A program made the translations under genes and the position numbers. The notes below the pieces were generated by a model that saw only the letters and a program-made list of their open reading frames with translations, was not told the DNA's origin and did not search any database. Shown in pieces: positions 51,692 to 64,000 of a stretch of DNA of 64,000 bases. The stretch's first letter is position 1. Each line of letters starts with the position of its first letter. This DNA is from Podarcis tiliguerta (lineage: Eukaryota): NCBI GenBank assembly GCA_965153285.1, contig OZ229117.1; one strand, 5' to 3'.

Positions 51692-51904
51692 CTGCACCTT
51701 GCAACTTCCTTCTTACTTCAAGGTACGCTTCTTTAATCTGCACCGAATTAGTGATGTCTAGTTGCAGAACAGAAAGTCTATCTGAGCAGGACTGCCTCAG
51801 TTTTTCTGCACCAGGCCCTCTCTCATTCAGAACGGTGGCAAACACGGTGAATCCTAAACGGTCAAGGTACTTCGCCAATTCGTGTCCAATGCCACTATCG
51901 CTTC
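51692..51904 (-). CDS. HSD17B2: HSD17B2 exon 2 (TGSDSGIG Rossmann motif)
   Basis: ttacag| acceptor and |gtatgt donor; 213 nt. Encodes [36 protein letters not shown]...LQLDITN. Confidence 0.95.
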
Positions 51905-54900
51905 CTGTAAAAGATCACTTCTTCTCTTTATTTATGTTACTCATGGCCTTGACTTATAACCATCACAATTCTCAAAGCAGGATGCAATTATTAAAATAAA
52001 CACAATCAATAAAGGAACAAAACTGCAAACTAAGCCACAAGCTAAATATTTGAGCTGGCAGTAGTACAGCACTCATTTATGTTTCCAACACAGCAGACAA
52101 CGAGGCTGTATTTGTGTGTGAGAGTGAGTAAGAGAGCAAGCAAGCAAGCAAGCACAGTGGAGGTATAAGAAACCTTTTTCATGCCAAGACCTGCTTTCTG
52201 TCATGGGGAATGCCCTAGGAGATGCATGCCAAAGGTAGGTGGGGCTAGGGGGAAAATAAGACTTCATTCCAGCCATGCTACAGCCAATGGTTTCTACAGA
52301 CACAACTCCACACTCATTTCTCCATCCTTCATCCATTCAAGACACAGAAAAGAAAGTACCTTCATGCAGTGCATGATTAAACAATGGAACTCACTCCTGC
52401 AGGAGGCAGTGAAAGCTGCCAACTGGGATGTCACTAGAAGGCTATTAGAGAAACTCAGGGAGGATAAGGCTATCAAAAACTCATAGCCACAATGGCTACA
52501 TTCTACCTCCACTATGAGGAGATCACAGATGGGCAGAGTGCTCTTACACTCATGTCCTGCTTGAGGGCATCATTACACTTCAAATACAGACTTTTTCCCA
52601 TTCAGGGCTCTTCTATGCTAACATTACTATTGCTTAGCATTTTTTTAACACAGCACTTTCTGCATTTCTTCACCATTGCTTATGCATCCCCGTGTGACTT
52701 GTTTTCAGATTGCTCTGGCCACTAAAGAAGGTACACTGTGCTCAGATGGTATCTGGAAGTCATTCTTTGCATACAGAAAAGGAACAATAAGGCGTAGCTG
52801 AGAGCTGATATCTCTAAAATTATGGGAATGTTGATTTGAGCGGTACAGGGAGTTGTGTGCTGGTGAACACCCATATTGTTCTGACTTATAGTAATACTGT
52901 TGTTCTGTACTTAAGTGAATGCTCAGTCAGGAAACTGGTTAGTCTCTTCTGATTCCTGGATCCAGCAAGGGTTAAAATCTAACTGAGGAACCCATTCTTG
53001 AATTAGCCAGGCAAGGGCCACAAACTCTAAGGGGTTCTAGGTGCTTATCGCATATTTGGTTGCCCTGGAATGAGGAACAGTGGAGACTAGAATTGCCATC
53101 TTTGGCTGGGCAAAATATGGGACAGGTTGGTCAAAATAAAGGAGTGGGGGTGGGGGGCACATATACTTTCAAGGGCACCACATCTTCCCACCTTTTGTGG
53201 AGGGGGGTTCCCTGCATTTGGCCTCTGGCGCTGCTATTCCCCTTGACTCATGTAGACGGGCAGGGGACAGGGGTAGATGGCTGGCTTCCATGGGTGACGA
53301 GCCACAGCTCCAGCCCCTTGCCCAGAGGAAAAGGGGGAAGGAGTAGTTGTCAGGTCAGGGCGGTGGAAGGGGCCAAGCGGCGGTGGACCTGCACAATGCT
53401 AGACCGGTGGGAGGCAGCTGAGGAGTAGCACCAGTGAAAGGGAACGAAGGAGGGGACATGGGAGGGACAGGAAGTCATTCCCTCCCCCTGATGCAGTCTT
53501 GAGTAAAATCCTTCCACTGAACTTGGAATTAGCTTTAGGGGGGGAATTCCCTGCTGGTCTCAGTGAGAGATTTCCTCCCAAATGCAAACTACAGCTTCAG
53601 AAAGAGATGTTCCTGAAGGCTGCAACAGGGGAAGAAAATGGTTAAATCTACCCTCTATGCTCAGGTGGGAGAATTTAAATTCGCAAAGTGTTGTTGGTGG
53701 GGGGAGGATGTGGGCCTGAAGTTATTTTGGGGGCGGGGTGGGGGTCAGGAACTCAATGTAAATGACAAATGAATGAGGCACTTTAATAATAATTGGGGGG
53801 GGGGGTGAAGACGAATAAAAATGTGCAGATATCATCTTGTAAAGCATGAGTAATCTAGAGGGTGGCTCAGATCAGTTTTTAAGCCTATGTCTTCTGAATA
53901 AACCACTTGTTCTCATTCTCGCTGCTTGTCCCTTCTTGTATTGCATCTGCTTCAACACAGAACAGAACTTGGCTGGGACAATTACAATGGGAACACAGAC
54001 TGCAGATGTGATTCTATTACTTGTTTGCCTAATTTGGTACACTTAGACTGAGGAGCGTCTCTCTGGACCTCTCCAACAATCTGGTTTACAGTTGTTAGTG
54101 ACTCAGTGCCAACCTTTTAAATGAAGAAACAGAAAGATTTTTTTCCTGCACCTAACACTCCAAGATGAGCCAGGTGTTGCTGAAACACAGTGTGCCTCAA
54201 CCTTCCAGCATAACGCAGAAAACAGGCATGCAAGAGCTCGTAAGTGAACATTGTGTTCTGTCTGCTGGTGTTCCTTGTGAATGACCCTTATTTATTTATT
54301 TTAGAAACCATTGATGGATTTTCCTTCTCTTTCCTCTCCCTCCCACCTCACTGGGACCAATGAATAGCAGTGTCCTTTCTTTAACAAGACACCCCACAGG
54401 CAAATAAATAACCTGCATCTGGGTGCATAGCATTTTGTCATTGGAAGCAGTTTTGCCACAATCCATCAAGACTGATGCACCATTTAAAGATCTGTGTCAA
54501 AAATGAAATTGTGCTTTTCCCCACTCTAAGGCTTTGCTTTATCCAAATTTGCAAAAAGTAAACCTAGGTTCTCTGTTAGCTACAGAACCACCAGCTCATT
54601 TTGAATAAAAAGCCCAAGTAGAAATTCCCCAACTCTGCCATCGTAACTCAATTCACAGTTCAGACCTCCAGTAATTCTCATGCTGTCTTGATGAATGCTT
54701 ACTTAAGGAGTGAGAACATACACAGTTCTGTGCTGCTAAGAAGGTAGAAATTTCATATGGCTCCTGATTGGAGCAAACGGCCTGATATTTCTGCACCTGA
54801 AAGGCCCCCTGCCTGGAAAAGGATGGAGCAGAGAAATGGATGCTAATAAATAAAAGGGTGCAAGCCTTGGGGATGAGTCAGAACTGTGCTAATTCAGAGA

Positions 54901-54965
54901 CGACTGAGTAATGTAAAAGATTCTCTCAAGAGCTAATGAAAGCCAAAGTTCTTCCTTCTCCTTAC

Positions 54966-55245
54966 CTGTGATGAGTACTGCTTTGTGGTCCACAGGGAGC
55001 AGGGCTTGATCAGATGTGTAAATGCAGAAGAGGAAGCACATCAGCGAGAACAAACTCAAGCCCAGGTAACTTCTCAGCGTGGCGAAACACAGGACTCCTG
55101 AAGCAAGGAGCAAGAGGAGACCCCAGGAAAAGGGGGTTGCCTTCTCCACACAGTTCTTTTTGGCTCGGTAAAGGATTGTCCCTCCATAGAGCACCACTGC
55201 ACCCATGTAGATCAACAGGGAGCTGTCAGCTTCAGAGTGGTGCAT
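54966..55245 (-). CDS. HSD17B2: 17-beta-hydroxysteroid dehydrogenase type 2, coding exon 1 (membrane anchor ... KAVLITG)
   Basis: GCC-ATG start at 55245, hydrophobic N-terminus, LLPVDHKAVLITG, donor G|GTAAG; 280 nt (phase 1). Confidence 0.9.
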
Positions 55246-58200
55246 GGCAGCGGTCGCAGGCAGAAGACAGACAGGACTGCAACATCCAGGCACAGCAGAA
55301 TAGGACAAAAAGAAAACGACCCCCTAGCAGTCTTCAGAATGCATGCATTGCTGTAAGGGGCTGTATCTTCTGTGCGAAGAGGATGAAGGGAGGAGGGGTC
55401 AGCTGCAGATGGGGTTGCGAAAGATCTTTAGGGACTTCAAGCTAGGAAGTTGCAAGAGCAACTGTCTCCTGAATGTATGTATGTACATACATACATACAG
55501 ATAAGCGTGGGGTGGCTTATCTGAGCTGCTTGCCAAATAGGGCAAACCCCTATGACATTTCCTCTCACCTTTCTTTTTTCTTTGTAATCTTATTCCAAGA
55601 AGACTCCACCTTCTAAGGGACACACAGCTTGGGTAATGATTGACAGAGGCAGGAGGATAAGAGTGAACATGAAGCAGCACACCCCAAGGCATTTGACAGC
55701 TCTTACATCATTTTCAGGCTTACAGGTGTCACTCTTAAGAGGAAAAGTGGGGGTGGGGAGTGATGGATGGATGTGCATCATTAGTTTGGAGAGTTTCTGT
55801 GCTGTCCTTTGATGCTCACCTCTCAACTCTGCTTATTTCACAAATGCAAGAAAGGATGGATCTGTCTCCACATTTTTTTACAGCAATTTTGAAATTTTTT
55901 GTTGTTGTTAATCCTCATGAAAAAAATGTCATTGGTTTGGTGTGCCTTTCTCCCCAACATGCACATTTCTGAATGCATGTTATCCACACTTTTGCAAGAA
56001 TTTTCTCTAACGTAATGCACTTCTATAAGTTGTTTTTTCCTTTAATGTATGCAATCTTATGTACATTTCTGGTACACACTGGCTGGCTGGAGAACTGTAC
56101 TGCAAAATTTGGTGAAGGGTGAATTTTGAAGGAGAAAGATTTCACATATTGGTTCAAAAAATGTGAATTAGATGGTTTCCCATTAAAATACAAAAAACAA
56201 CAACCCTGGATTTATCCACTATCCTTAATGCAGAGCTGTATCCTACTGAATTCTATGCAGAGTAGTCCCACTGAAATCAATGGAACTATATTAGGCATGC
56301 CCATTAATTGCAATGGGTCTGAGGAAAACTATAACTGTATTTAACCTACAGTGTCTGCTCCTCTACCAACTGGTTCTTAGCTGCTACAATGCTGCTTAAT
56401 TAGCACGGACTGAAATCCTTCAAAGCAAGAGTGTTGTTCCTGCAGTTTTCCAGTTGTTGTTGGCCAATGGTCAGAGGATGATGGGAATTGTAGTAATATA
56501 AGAGGTAAGGGGCCTCAGGTTCCTGATACCAGGCTATACTTACTGGCAGTGGCTCTCTGGGGAAGGAATGGCAAAACTTTGACATTCCAGGTGCTGCTGA
56601 ACTATAACTCCCATCAACCGTAGTAAGCATGGCCAACAATCAGGAGTGATGGGAGTTCTTGTTCAGGAACATCTGATGGGCCAACATTTTCCCATACCTG
56701 CTCTCAGGTTTTAGACAAGATTATTTCCCAGTCCTACCTGGAGATGTTGGGACCATGGTGGCTGGAGCTTATACAAGTTGTAGTCCGAAACATCTGGCGA
56801 GCACCATGTTGGCTATCCCTGCATTAATATAGGATATATGAATATTACATTGTAGCAGTCAAAAATTAGTGTGCAAGCTAAACCTGCCCTTTCTCCCTGC
56901 CTTTAAATTTTAATTATTAGATTTGTATCCCACCTTTTCCATTAAGGAGCTCAAAGTGGCATACGCTGTTCTCTCCCACTCCCAACATCTCTTCTTGGTT
57001 AAGGCCAAGAAACGGTGACCAGCCCAATGTCAGCCAGTGAGTTTCATGGCTGGGTGAAGATTTGAACCTGGGTCTCCCAGGTCCTAGTCTAGTACTCTGG
57101 CCATTACACCACACTGGATCTCAGTGTTCCCAAGACCATCAGGATCACTGATGGTGATGACTTCCCCTATGCCTGCCTTATGGAATAAACTCAAGCCTGT
57201 GGGTGTTTGCTGATTATTGGGAATGAGGTCTGGAGGTCTGGCTCTTCTCCTAGACATCCACACACTGATCATGGGCTTATAAGAAACGCCTGCAATGGAG
57301 CAGTAGTGGAGAAAAAGGACAGAGACACACCCTCCCCTGTTCTATCATATTACTGGAATCCAATGGAGCCATCCAATAAAGCTGAATGGGGGGATATTCA
57401 AGACAGACAAAATGAAGTATCTCTTCACACAGGCTATACTCACACCATACATTTAAACAGTCTTGGCTCTCCACAAAGAATTCTGGGAACTGCAGTTTTT
57501 AAGGGTTTTGAGAGTTATTAGGAGGCCTCTATTCCCCTCCCAGAGCTACAGTTCCCAAAGTTCACTGGGAAGGGGGATTGGTTGTTGAAACCACTCTGAG
57601 AACCATTTGTCTGTCTTCTTATTTACAACCAGTCAGGTGGTGGGTCTGCCTGGCATTGGTTCTGGCGCCATCTGCCTGCCTTGTGCCCTACCAGTCTCAG
57701 TGTTCACCAGCCAACACTGAATACACTATTTTGTTCACTTGCAGCTGCAGTTCTCTGGGGTTTCTTATAGATATATTTCCCAGCCTTACCTGAAGATGCC
57801 AAGGATGAAACCTGGGATGGTCTGCATCCTCCAGCCCTAAAGATCCAGAGGCTTCTCTCCTCTGGAAAGCAGATCCCCAGGTAAGCACAGTTGCAGAGAC
57901 TTCAGATGACACAAATAAAGCTCTCACAGCTTTGTTCTGGTGGCAGAGAAGAGGAGACAAAGGGCACTTTCCCATGTCTTTGGTCTTTGACTGTGAACAT
58001 CTTTGTTCTGTTTCTGTGCGTCAGCATTCGGTTTACCTATTTAAATGACACAGACGAGTTTACAAGAAAGCAACAGTCCGTTCAGGGAACAATGAAGACA
58101 AAAGCTCTTGACGTCTCCATTTCTCAAGCTTTTGAAATGGGAAGTAACTGTAGCAGAGAAATAGCTGGAATAATACCTCCAGAGCACAGTTCCTGCTTTT

Positions 58201-58477
58201 CTGGGGCTATAAAAAGAGAACAAACTTTGGGACTGTGGTAGAAACGCCTCCAAAAGCTCAGGCAGAAACTAGCAGCCTTGGAATCAGTCCAATAGCTGTA
58301 ATTATCAACTATAATCTGAAAATATGGCATGGGGTGGAAATGCAGAGCCATATTGATACACAAGGTTGAGTATTAGTGAGCTCAGGAACAGAATGGATGA
58401 GTCTTGCCAATTTCGATATCTCTCAATTTCTTCCATTCCTCGGCATTTTAGTGGACATTTCCCCATATCTGTCTATC

Positions 58478-58515
<38 letters not shown>

Positions 58516-58577
58516 GGAAGCAATTTACCCTAATATAATATTTTTGTTTACTATTTTCACAAATGTATGCCTCTTTT

Positions 58578-58656
58578 GAAGACAGGAGGGCCTGGCGCGT
58601 TCTGGTCCATGGGGTCACGAAGAGTTGGACATGACTAAACAACTAAACAACAACAA
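58578..58656 (+). mobile_element. BovB/RTE extreme 3' end with a (CAA)n tail
   Basis: ggtccatggggtcacgaagagttggacatgactaaacaactaaacaacaacaa, flanked by a near-TSD atg(c/a)ctctttt. Confidence 0.75.
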
Positions 58657-61600
58657 TGACTCTTTTATATACACTTTCCACAAGATACAAGTTTTTGTTT
58701 TGTTTTTTTGCTTGTAGACAACCATTGTGGAATTTAGAGAAATGTCTATTTTGAAGGATAACTGTAGGTTGGTTGTTTCAGTAAATTCAGTTTTGGTTTC
58801 AGTTCATAAGTTTATTGTTCTATCTGAAGGCTATTACATACTTGTAGCAATAGTATTAATAAAACAATACAGAACATGCATCCATTATTTAAGCCACCAC
58901 CCATGATGTAACAGTGAGGATATGCCAGAGACACCAACAAGCTTAAACCTAACTTGATTTCAAATTAAACCTCCAAATAACCACAACTTACTGCGGATTT
59001 ACCTATCTCCTTTTTCCTGACCCCCCCACCCCCACCCCGTGCTTTTTGCAGCCAGTGCATAGAGGACCACTCTCTGTGTTACAATGCTATTATTGTCAAA
59101 GAAACCAAACCACCTCTGTGTACCTGTTTGCTTGTGAGAACATAGGTTTCAGAAAGCCATCTCTTGGGTCTCTATATAAGGGGCAGGCTAACAGATATGA
59201 GTGATGCCTTCCACCTGAGGTTGACCACAAATACAAAGTCAGTCTGTGTATGGGCACTTGATCCAGCAGGCATCTGACACTGATCAGAAAGTATGGAGTG
59301 GCATCCTTTAATTATCTTGTCCACAAGGCTAGAAGTGGACTGGCATAACAGGATCATAATATCTGATCTCCTGCCCCACCCCAATGAAGAGAAAAGGATG
59401 GAAATTAGGCAAATGTTAACACAAATGATTTAAGACATGCAAACTGACAAAACGTAAAGTTGGAAAGATCCCCATATAATAAATGAAAAAATCCACTTGG
59501 CAATCAGAAGTGTTTTGGGTCAAAAAAGTTCCTTGTAACTTTTGTACCATCAGTGCATATAAGGCTTCTTTTTCCACTCTAACAAACTTGACTAACTTTG
59601 AGATTGTTGAACTGGCTCTCCAGCAAATCCACTAGACAGAATGTCTCTTGTAAGATTATTGCTTGTCATTTCCAGTTTAATTATACTGTCTATAAAATAA
59701 TACGCTGTAGCTTAGTGGTTACGGGGAACCCTAAAAGTGCTCTGTAACCATGATAAGTCTGTATTATAGGTACAATAGGCCATACTGGAGCTCCTGAAGG
59801 CCCCGTACATTCTGAAGCAAAATTTTGGCAGAGGCCTTTCCTTGGGACACAACGTATAGCAGAACTGGCTCTTGGCTCAGTTTTCTTCCTGCCGTACTGT
59901 GAGAAATGACATCTTTTTCCTAGTTTACACCAAGTGTATCTAATTCCACCTGCCAACTATTGGGAGGTATGATCTTATTCTCTGCCAAAATTAGGGCAGA
60001 AGCAGCCTCGGGGCCTACAATACCGAGTTATTTGACAGTGAAACATTTTCTACTCCATTCTAGCGCTGCATGAAGGGTTGTTTAGCAATTCCTCCTGGGC
60101 TTGCGTCAGGCTGGCTCAGAAAATAGCACAAGCTGTTTCTGAGCTTTGGAAATGGCTCGGCTAATTTCACGCACTTATTTGACTTCAGAAGTAACCTACT
60201 GTCACCCTTTGGCAAACCGCTCCCCCCCCCCCCCGGTCTCTCCCTATCCCCCACCTCTTTGAATTAGCTTTCCAGGCTAATTTTTCCATGGATGGTGGGG
60301 GCCACAGTGGCACTCTAGAGGTCTTCCAGGTTATTATTATTATTATTTTTTTAAAAAGAAGATTGGTGGTCACCCATTGAGGTTCTCTGGCATGTTACAT
60401 CAGCCTCATATTTTGAAGGTCGTGAGTTTGAGATTCACACAGGGCAAGCAAGGTTTTTGGGAAGAGCCATAGCTCATGGTCTAGAGCATCTGCTTTGTAT
60501 TCAGGAGATCCCAGGTCCAATCCCTGGCATCTCCAGGTAGATCTAGAAGAGAGCGCTGACTGAAATTCTGGAGAGTCCCTGCCAGCCAGTATTGACAAAA
60601 CTGAATAAGATGGACCAGTGCTCCAACTTAGGATAAGACATTCAATCTGTTCATCATTCAAGCAGCTCAGAGTGGCAGAAAAGGCTCTCCATCCCATCAG
60701 GTTATCCTCACAACCACTTTGTGAGGTGGGTTAAGCTGAGAAGAGGAGAGAGGGACCAGCTGAAGGTCCAACCTAGTGATACAGGAAATTTGAACTTGGG
60801 TCTGTCCCCACTCCTGCTCTGACATTCTAACCATGGGGCTCCCTTTCTATCCTCCTCATCATAATCTTCCTCCTTCTCATTAAAAGATTATATACAGCCC
60901 TTCATACAAAGATCACAGGGCAGTTTACAGTGGAAAGTTGTTGGATGCCCAGCTCCCATCAGGCTTTTATCCTTTCCCTGGGGAGCTTTCTCTTGCATTT
61001 GTGAGCCAGGTGATTTCTTTCCTTTTTTGATCTCTCCCAAAACCCTCTTTGAGAGAGGCCTCCAAAGACATGAAGAAAACTCTTTCATGTTTCAAAGGGA
61101 GGATCTTTACTCCACAGATTAATAGATTGCATTTCCTTCATATGACCATGGGCACGTGTTCTGGATTCATTTAGCAAGATTCATTTAGCAACAATCGCTA
61201 TCTGCCTGAATTATGGACGAAGGGAGGAGAAGGGGAAGTAAGGATGAGAGCGATATTGATAATTGGAGCTGAGGCTGGCCAGAACATCTTCCATTTTGTT
61301 CCTGTTTTCCACGGTCAATGCAAAAATAAGTGTAGGGACCTTCATACGTGTTACTAGTGAAACCAAACTCCTTAATTTGCCTCTGTAGGAAAGCGGGTTG
61401 TGACCAGATATGGCTGGAGGCTGAAAACTGTTTGGAAAATACACCGGCAGAAAGCCAGTGAATGAATCTTATTTGGATGAAGTATAGGTTAATTTCACAA
61501 CAGATCATGTATCCTGTATGTACTTACTTTGATTCTTATTTTTGCTTTGTTGCATGTGTATTAGTATGTGTGTGTCCATGTGCTAGGTCTGATTGCCCAA

Positions 61601-62920
61601 AGAGCAATAAACTATTTTAGATGGTAGTCTGAAAGATGATGCATGGATCATGCAATCCTGAAAACATTAGGAAGAACTTTCTGGTGGTAAGAGCTGTTTG
61701 ACAGCGGAATGGACTGTCTTGGAAGATGGAGGACTCTTCTTCGCTTGATGTTTTTAAACAGAGGTTGGATGGCCATCTGTCATGTATGATCTAGTTGAGA
61801 TTCCTGCATTTCAGGGGGTGGAGTAGATGATCCTTTGGGTACCTTCCAACTTTACAGTTCTCTGACTAGCCATCTTTTGGCAAACCTCTGCAGCAACACT
61901 CCAGGCAGCAGGGTGAAGCTTCACAACCCTCCTGCGCTACCAGCCACCTATAGGTGTTGTGTTTAATAGGTGCTGGCCACCTATTAGACACAACAATGAT
62001 ATTTAATAACTATATTGTTGTTGTTGTTGTTAAATATCCTTGCAAAGCATGTGTGAAAGTCTCGTGTGACTGAAAGTTCTTGAATAAATTAATTTAATGA
62101 ATACATTTGTAGACTGGAACCAATGCCTTCCTTGCTGTACATCTCCAACCTCAGGTTGCATTTGTGACACATTAGTCCACCAAAAATACTACCAGCACCC
62201 TGGTTAAAGTATACTAAAGTTCACTTAGTTGTGATTCTTGCATTGCAGGGGTTGGACTTGATGACCCTTTGGGTAACTTCCAATTCTACAGTTTTCTGAT
62301 TCTCCATTCCCAGCTGTCCTAATTATAAAACACCATAGTTTAGTTGAAAAACGCAGCTAGACACAATCTACAGCGGAATTCCAAAGTACAGGCTCCTAGC
62401 ATCTAGGAAAGATATGTCCAGGAAACAGGATCCAAACAGGGACATCCAAACAGAAGATTAAGCCACTTCTGGGTTGCTGCCTGGATTCATTGCATATGGA
62501 CAAATTCAGGCATGCAGAATGAAAGTGGACTTGGCACTTTTATGCAACACACCTGCTTCCCCACAAACCCAGGATGATTTGTGGCGATGATGAAGTGCTC
62601 TATAAAGTGCGGGATAGCAAATGTTTGAACTTACCTGCAAACAAATGAATGCTCAATAAACAGTGAATGTCATATAACCTCCCAGCAACAGTTGTGCAAA
62701 ACAGAACAGGATGCATGTTCAGTAAACAGGTCACCTTGCAATAACCTTGGTTTACAAACAAATTGTGGATTTAAAAGAAAGAAAGAAAGAAAGAAAAAAA
62801 AATAGTCAGGTCCAAGTCTCACACAGAAAGAATCAATCGTCTCACCATCCAGGTTATGTATGCACCTGATCTTGCTGAAGAGAGCTTTGAAACTATGACC
62901 CTTCCCAGTTCAGATTCTTT

Positions 62921-63564
62921 AAACTTGACATGAGCCAACAGTGTGACGCGGCAGCTAAAAAAGCCAATGCAATTCTGGGCTGCATCAATAGGAGTATAGC
63001 ATCTAGATCAAGGGAAGTAATAGTGCCACTGTATTCTGCTCTGGTCAGACCTCACCTGGAGTACTGTGTCCAGTTCTGGGCACCACAGTTCAAGAAGGAC
63101 ACTGACAAACTGGAACGTGTCCAGAGGAGGGCAACCAAAATGGTCAAAGGCCTGGAAACGATGCCTTATGAGGAAAGGCTAAGGGAGCTGGGCATGTTTA
63201 GCCTGGAGAAGAGGAGGTTAAGGGGTGATATGATAGCCATGTTCAAATATATAAAAGGATGTCACATAGAGGAGGGAGAAAGGTTGCTTTCTGCTGCTCC
63301 AGGGAAGCGGACACGGAGCAATGGATCCAAACTACAAGAAAGAAGATTCCACCTAAACATTAGGAAGAACTTCCTGACAGTAAGAGCTGTTCGACAGTGG
63401 AATTTGCTGCCAAGGAGTGTGGTGGAGTCTCCTTCTTTGGAGGTCTTTAAGCAGAGGCTTGACAACCATATGTCAGGAGTGCTCTGATGGTGTTTCCTGT
63501 TTGGCAGGGGGTTGGACTCGATGGCCCTTGTGGTCTATTCCAACTCTATGATTCTATGATTCTA
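62921..63564 (+). mobile_element. CR1 LINE 3' fragment, same subfamily, ORF2 segment still open
   Basis: 185-aa ORF 62930-63487 nearly identical to the 9.5-kb copy; TTCTATGA tail. Confidence 0.95.
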
Positions 63565-63634
63565 AAATAGCCACCAAATGTTCCAACCAAAGTTCTAGAA
63601 GTTTATCTCACCTCTCTGTGCCCTGTGTATATTT

Positions 63635-63927
63635 AGATCGCAAACCCCTGGATGGGTTTGCACTCCCTGTGAAGGAGCAGGTCCACAGTTTGGGGCTTCT
63701 GAAATCCAGCTCTGGCACTGCAGGCTCAGGTAACCTCAGTGGCTAAAAGGGCTAAAAGTGCCTTTTGCCAACTGTGGCTGCTTCTATAGTTATGGCCATT
63801 TCTGGACCATGAGAACCTGGTCACAGTAGTTCATGCACTAGATGCTTCAAGATTTGATTACCGTGGCACTCTCTATGTGGGGCTTCCCTTGTGCTTGAAC
63901 TGGAAGCTGCAGTTAGCACAGAACAAG
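63635..63927 (+). mobile_element. Old L2 ORF2 fragment, followed at ~63928 by a GC-rich element running off the window
   Basis: Degraded LVTVVHALDASRFDY...LYVGLP...KLQLAQN motif string. Confidence 0.6.
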
Positions 63928-64000
63928 GCCGTCTTTACCCGGGGGTGCAAGGGGTGTGGGGCACCCGGGTGCCGAATTCTGGGGGGCGCCAAGCGCCCGC

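Noticed and set aside
55246-55308. 21-aa N-terminal extension of HSD17B2 in the ORF track
   Set aside because: It begins at a non-ATG codon. The ATG at 55245 has a good Kozak context and gives a typical protein length.

Overview
Vertebrate nuclear DNA, almost certainly from a squamate and probably a lacertid lizard. The evidence is young Sauria SINEs, CR1, L2, L1 and BovB LINE remnants, and Tc1/mariner and hAT MITEs. Genes: the last coding exon of MPHOSPH6 (+); two tandem, intact, single-coding-exon arylamine N-acetyltransferase paralogues (-; 290 and 292 aa, Cys68-His107-Asp122 triad); and a complete five-exon HSD17B2 (-; join 55245-54966, 51904-51692, 49512-49327, 45682-45545, 42899-42541; 391 aa). 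The rest is repeat-rich intronic and intergenic DNA. I found no convincing new multi-gene system. The most notable observations are: (i) a perfect DR3 nuclear-receptor element with an overlapping HNF4-type site just upstream of the predicted first exon of one NAT; (ii) a ~330-bp near-perfect hairpin that looks like a fold-back/template-switch inverted duplication inside an L1; (iii) a Cys-rich divergent loop in the second NAT; (iv) NAT genes lying between MPHOSPH6 and HSD17B2; (v) a possible L1-donated poly(A) signal for HSD17B2; (vi) near-identical CR1 copies bracketing the genes. Gene coordinates were read by hand from splice sites. Repeat boundaries are approximate unless TIRs or TSDs are quoted.
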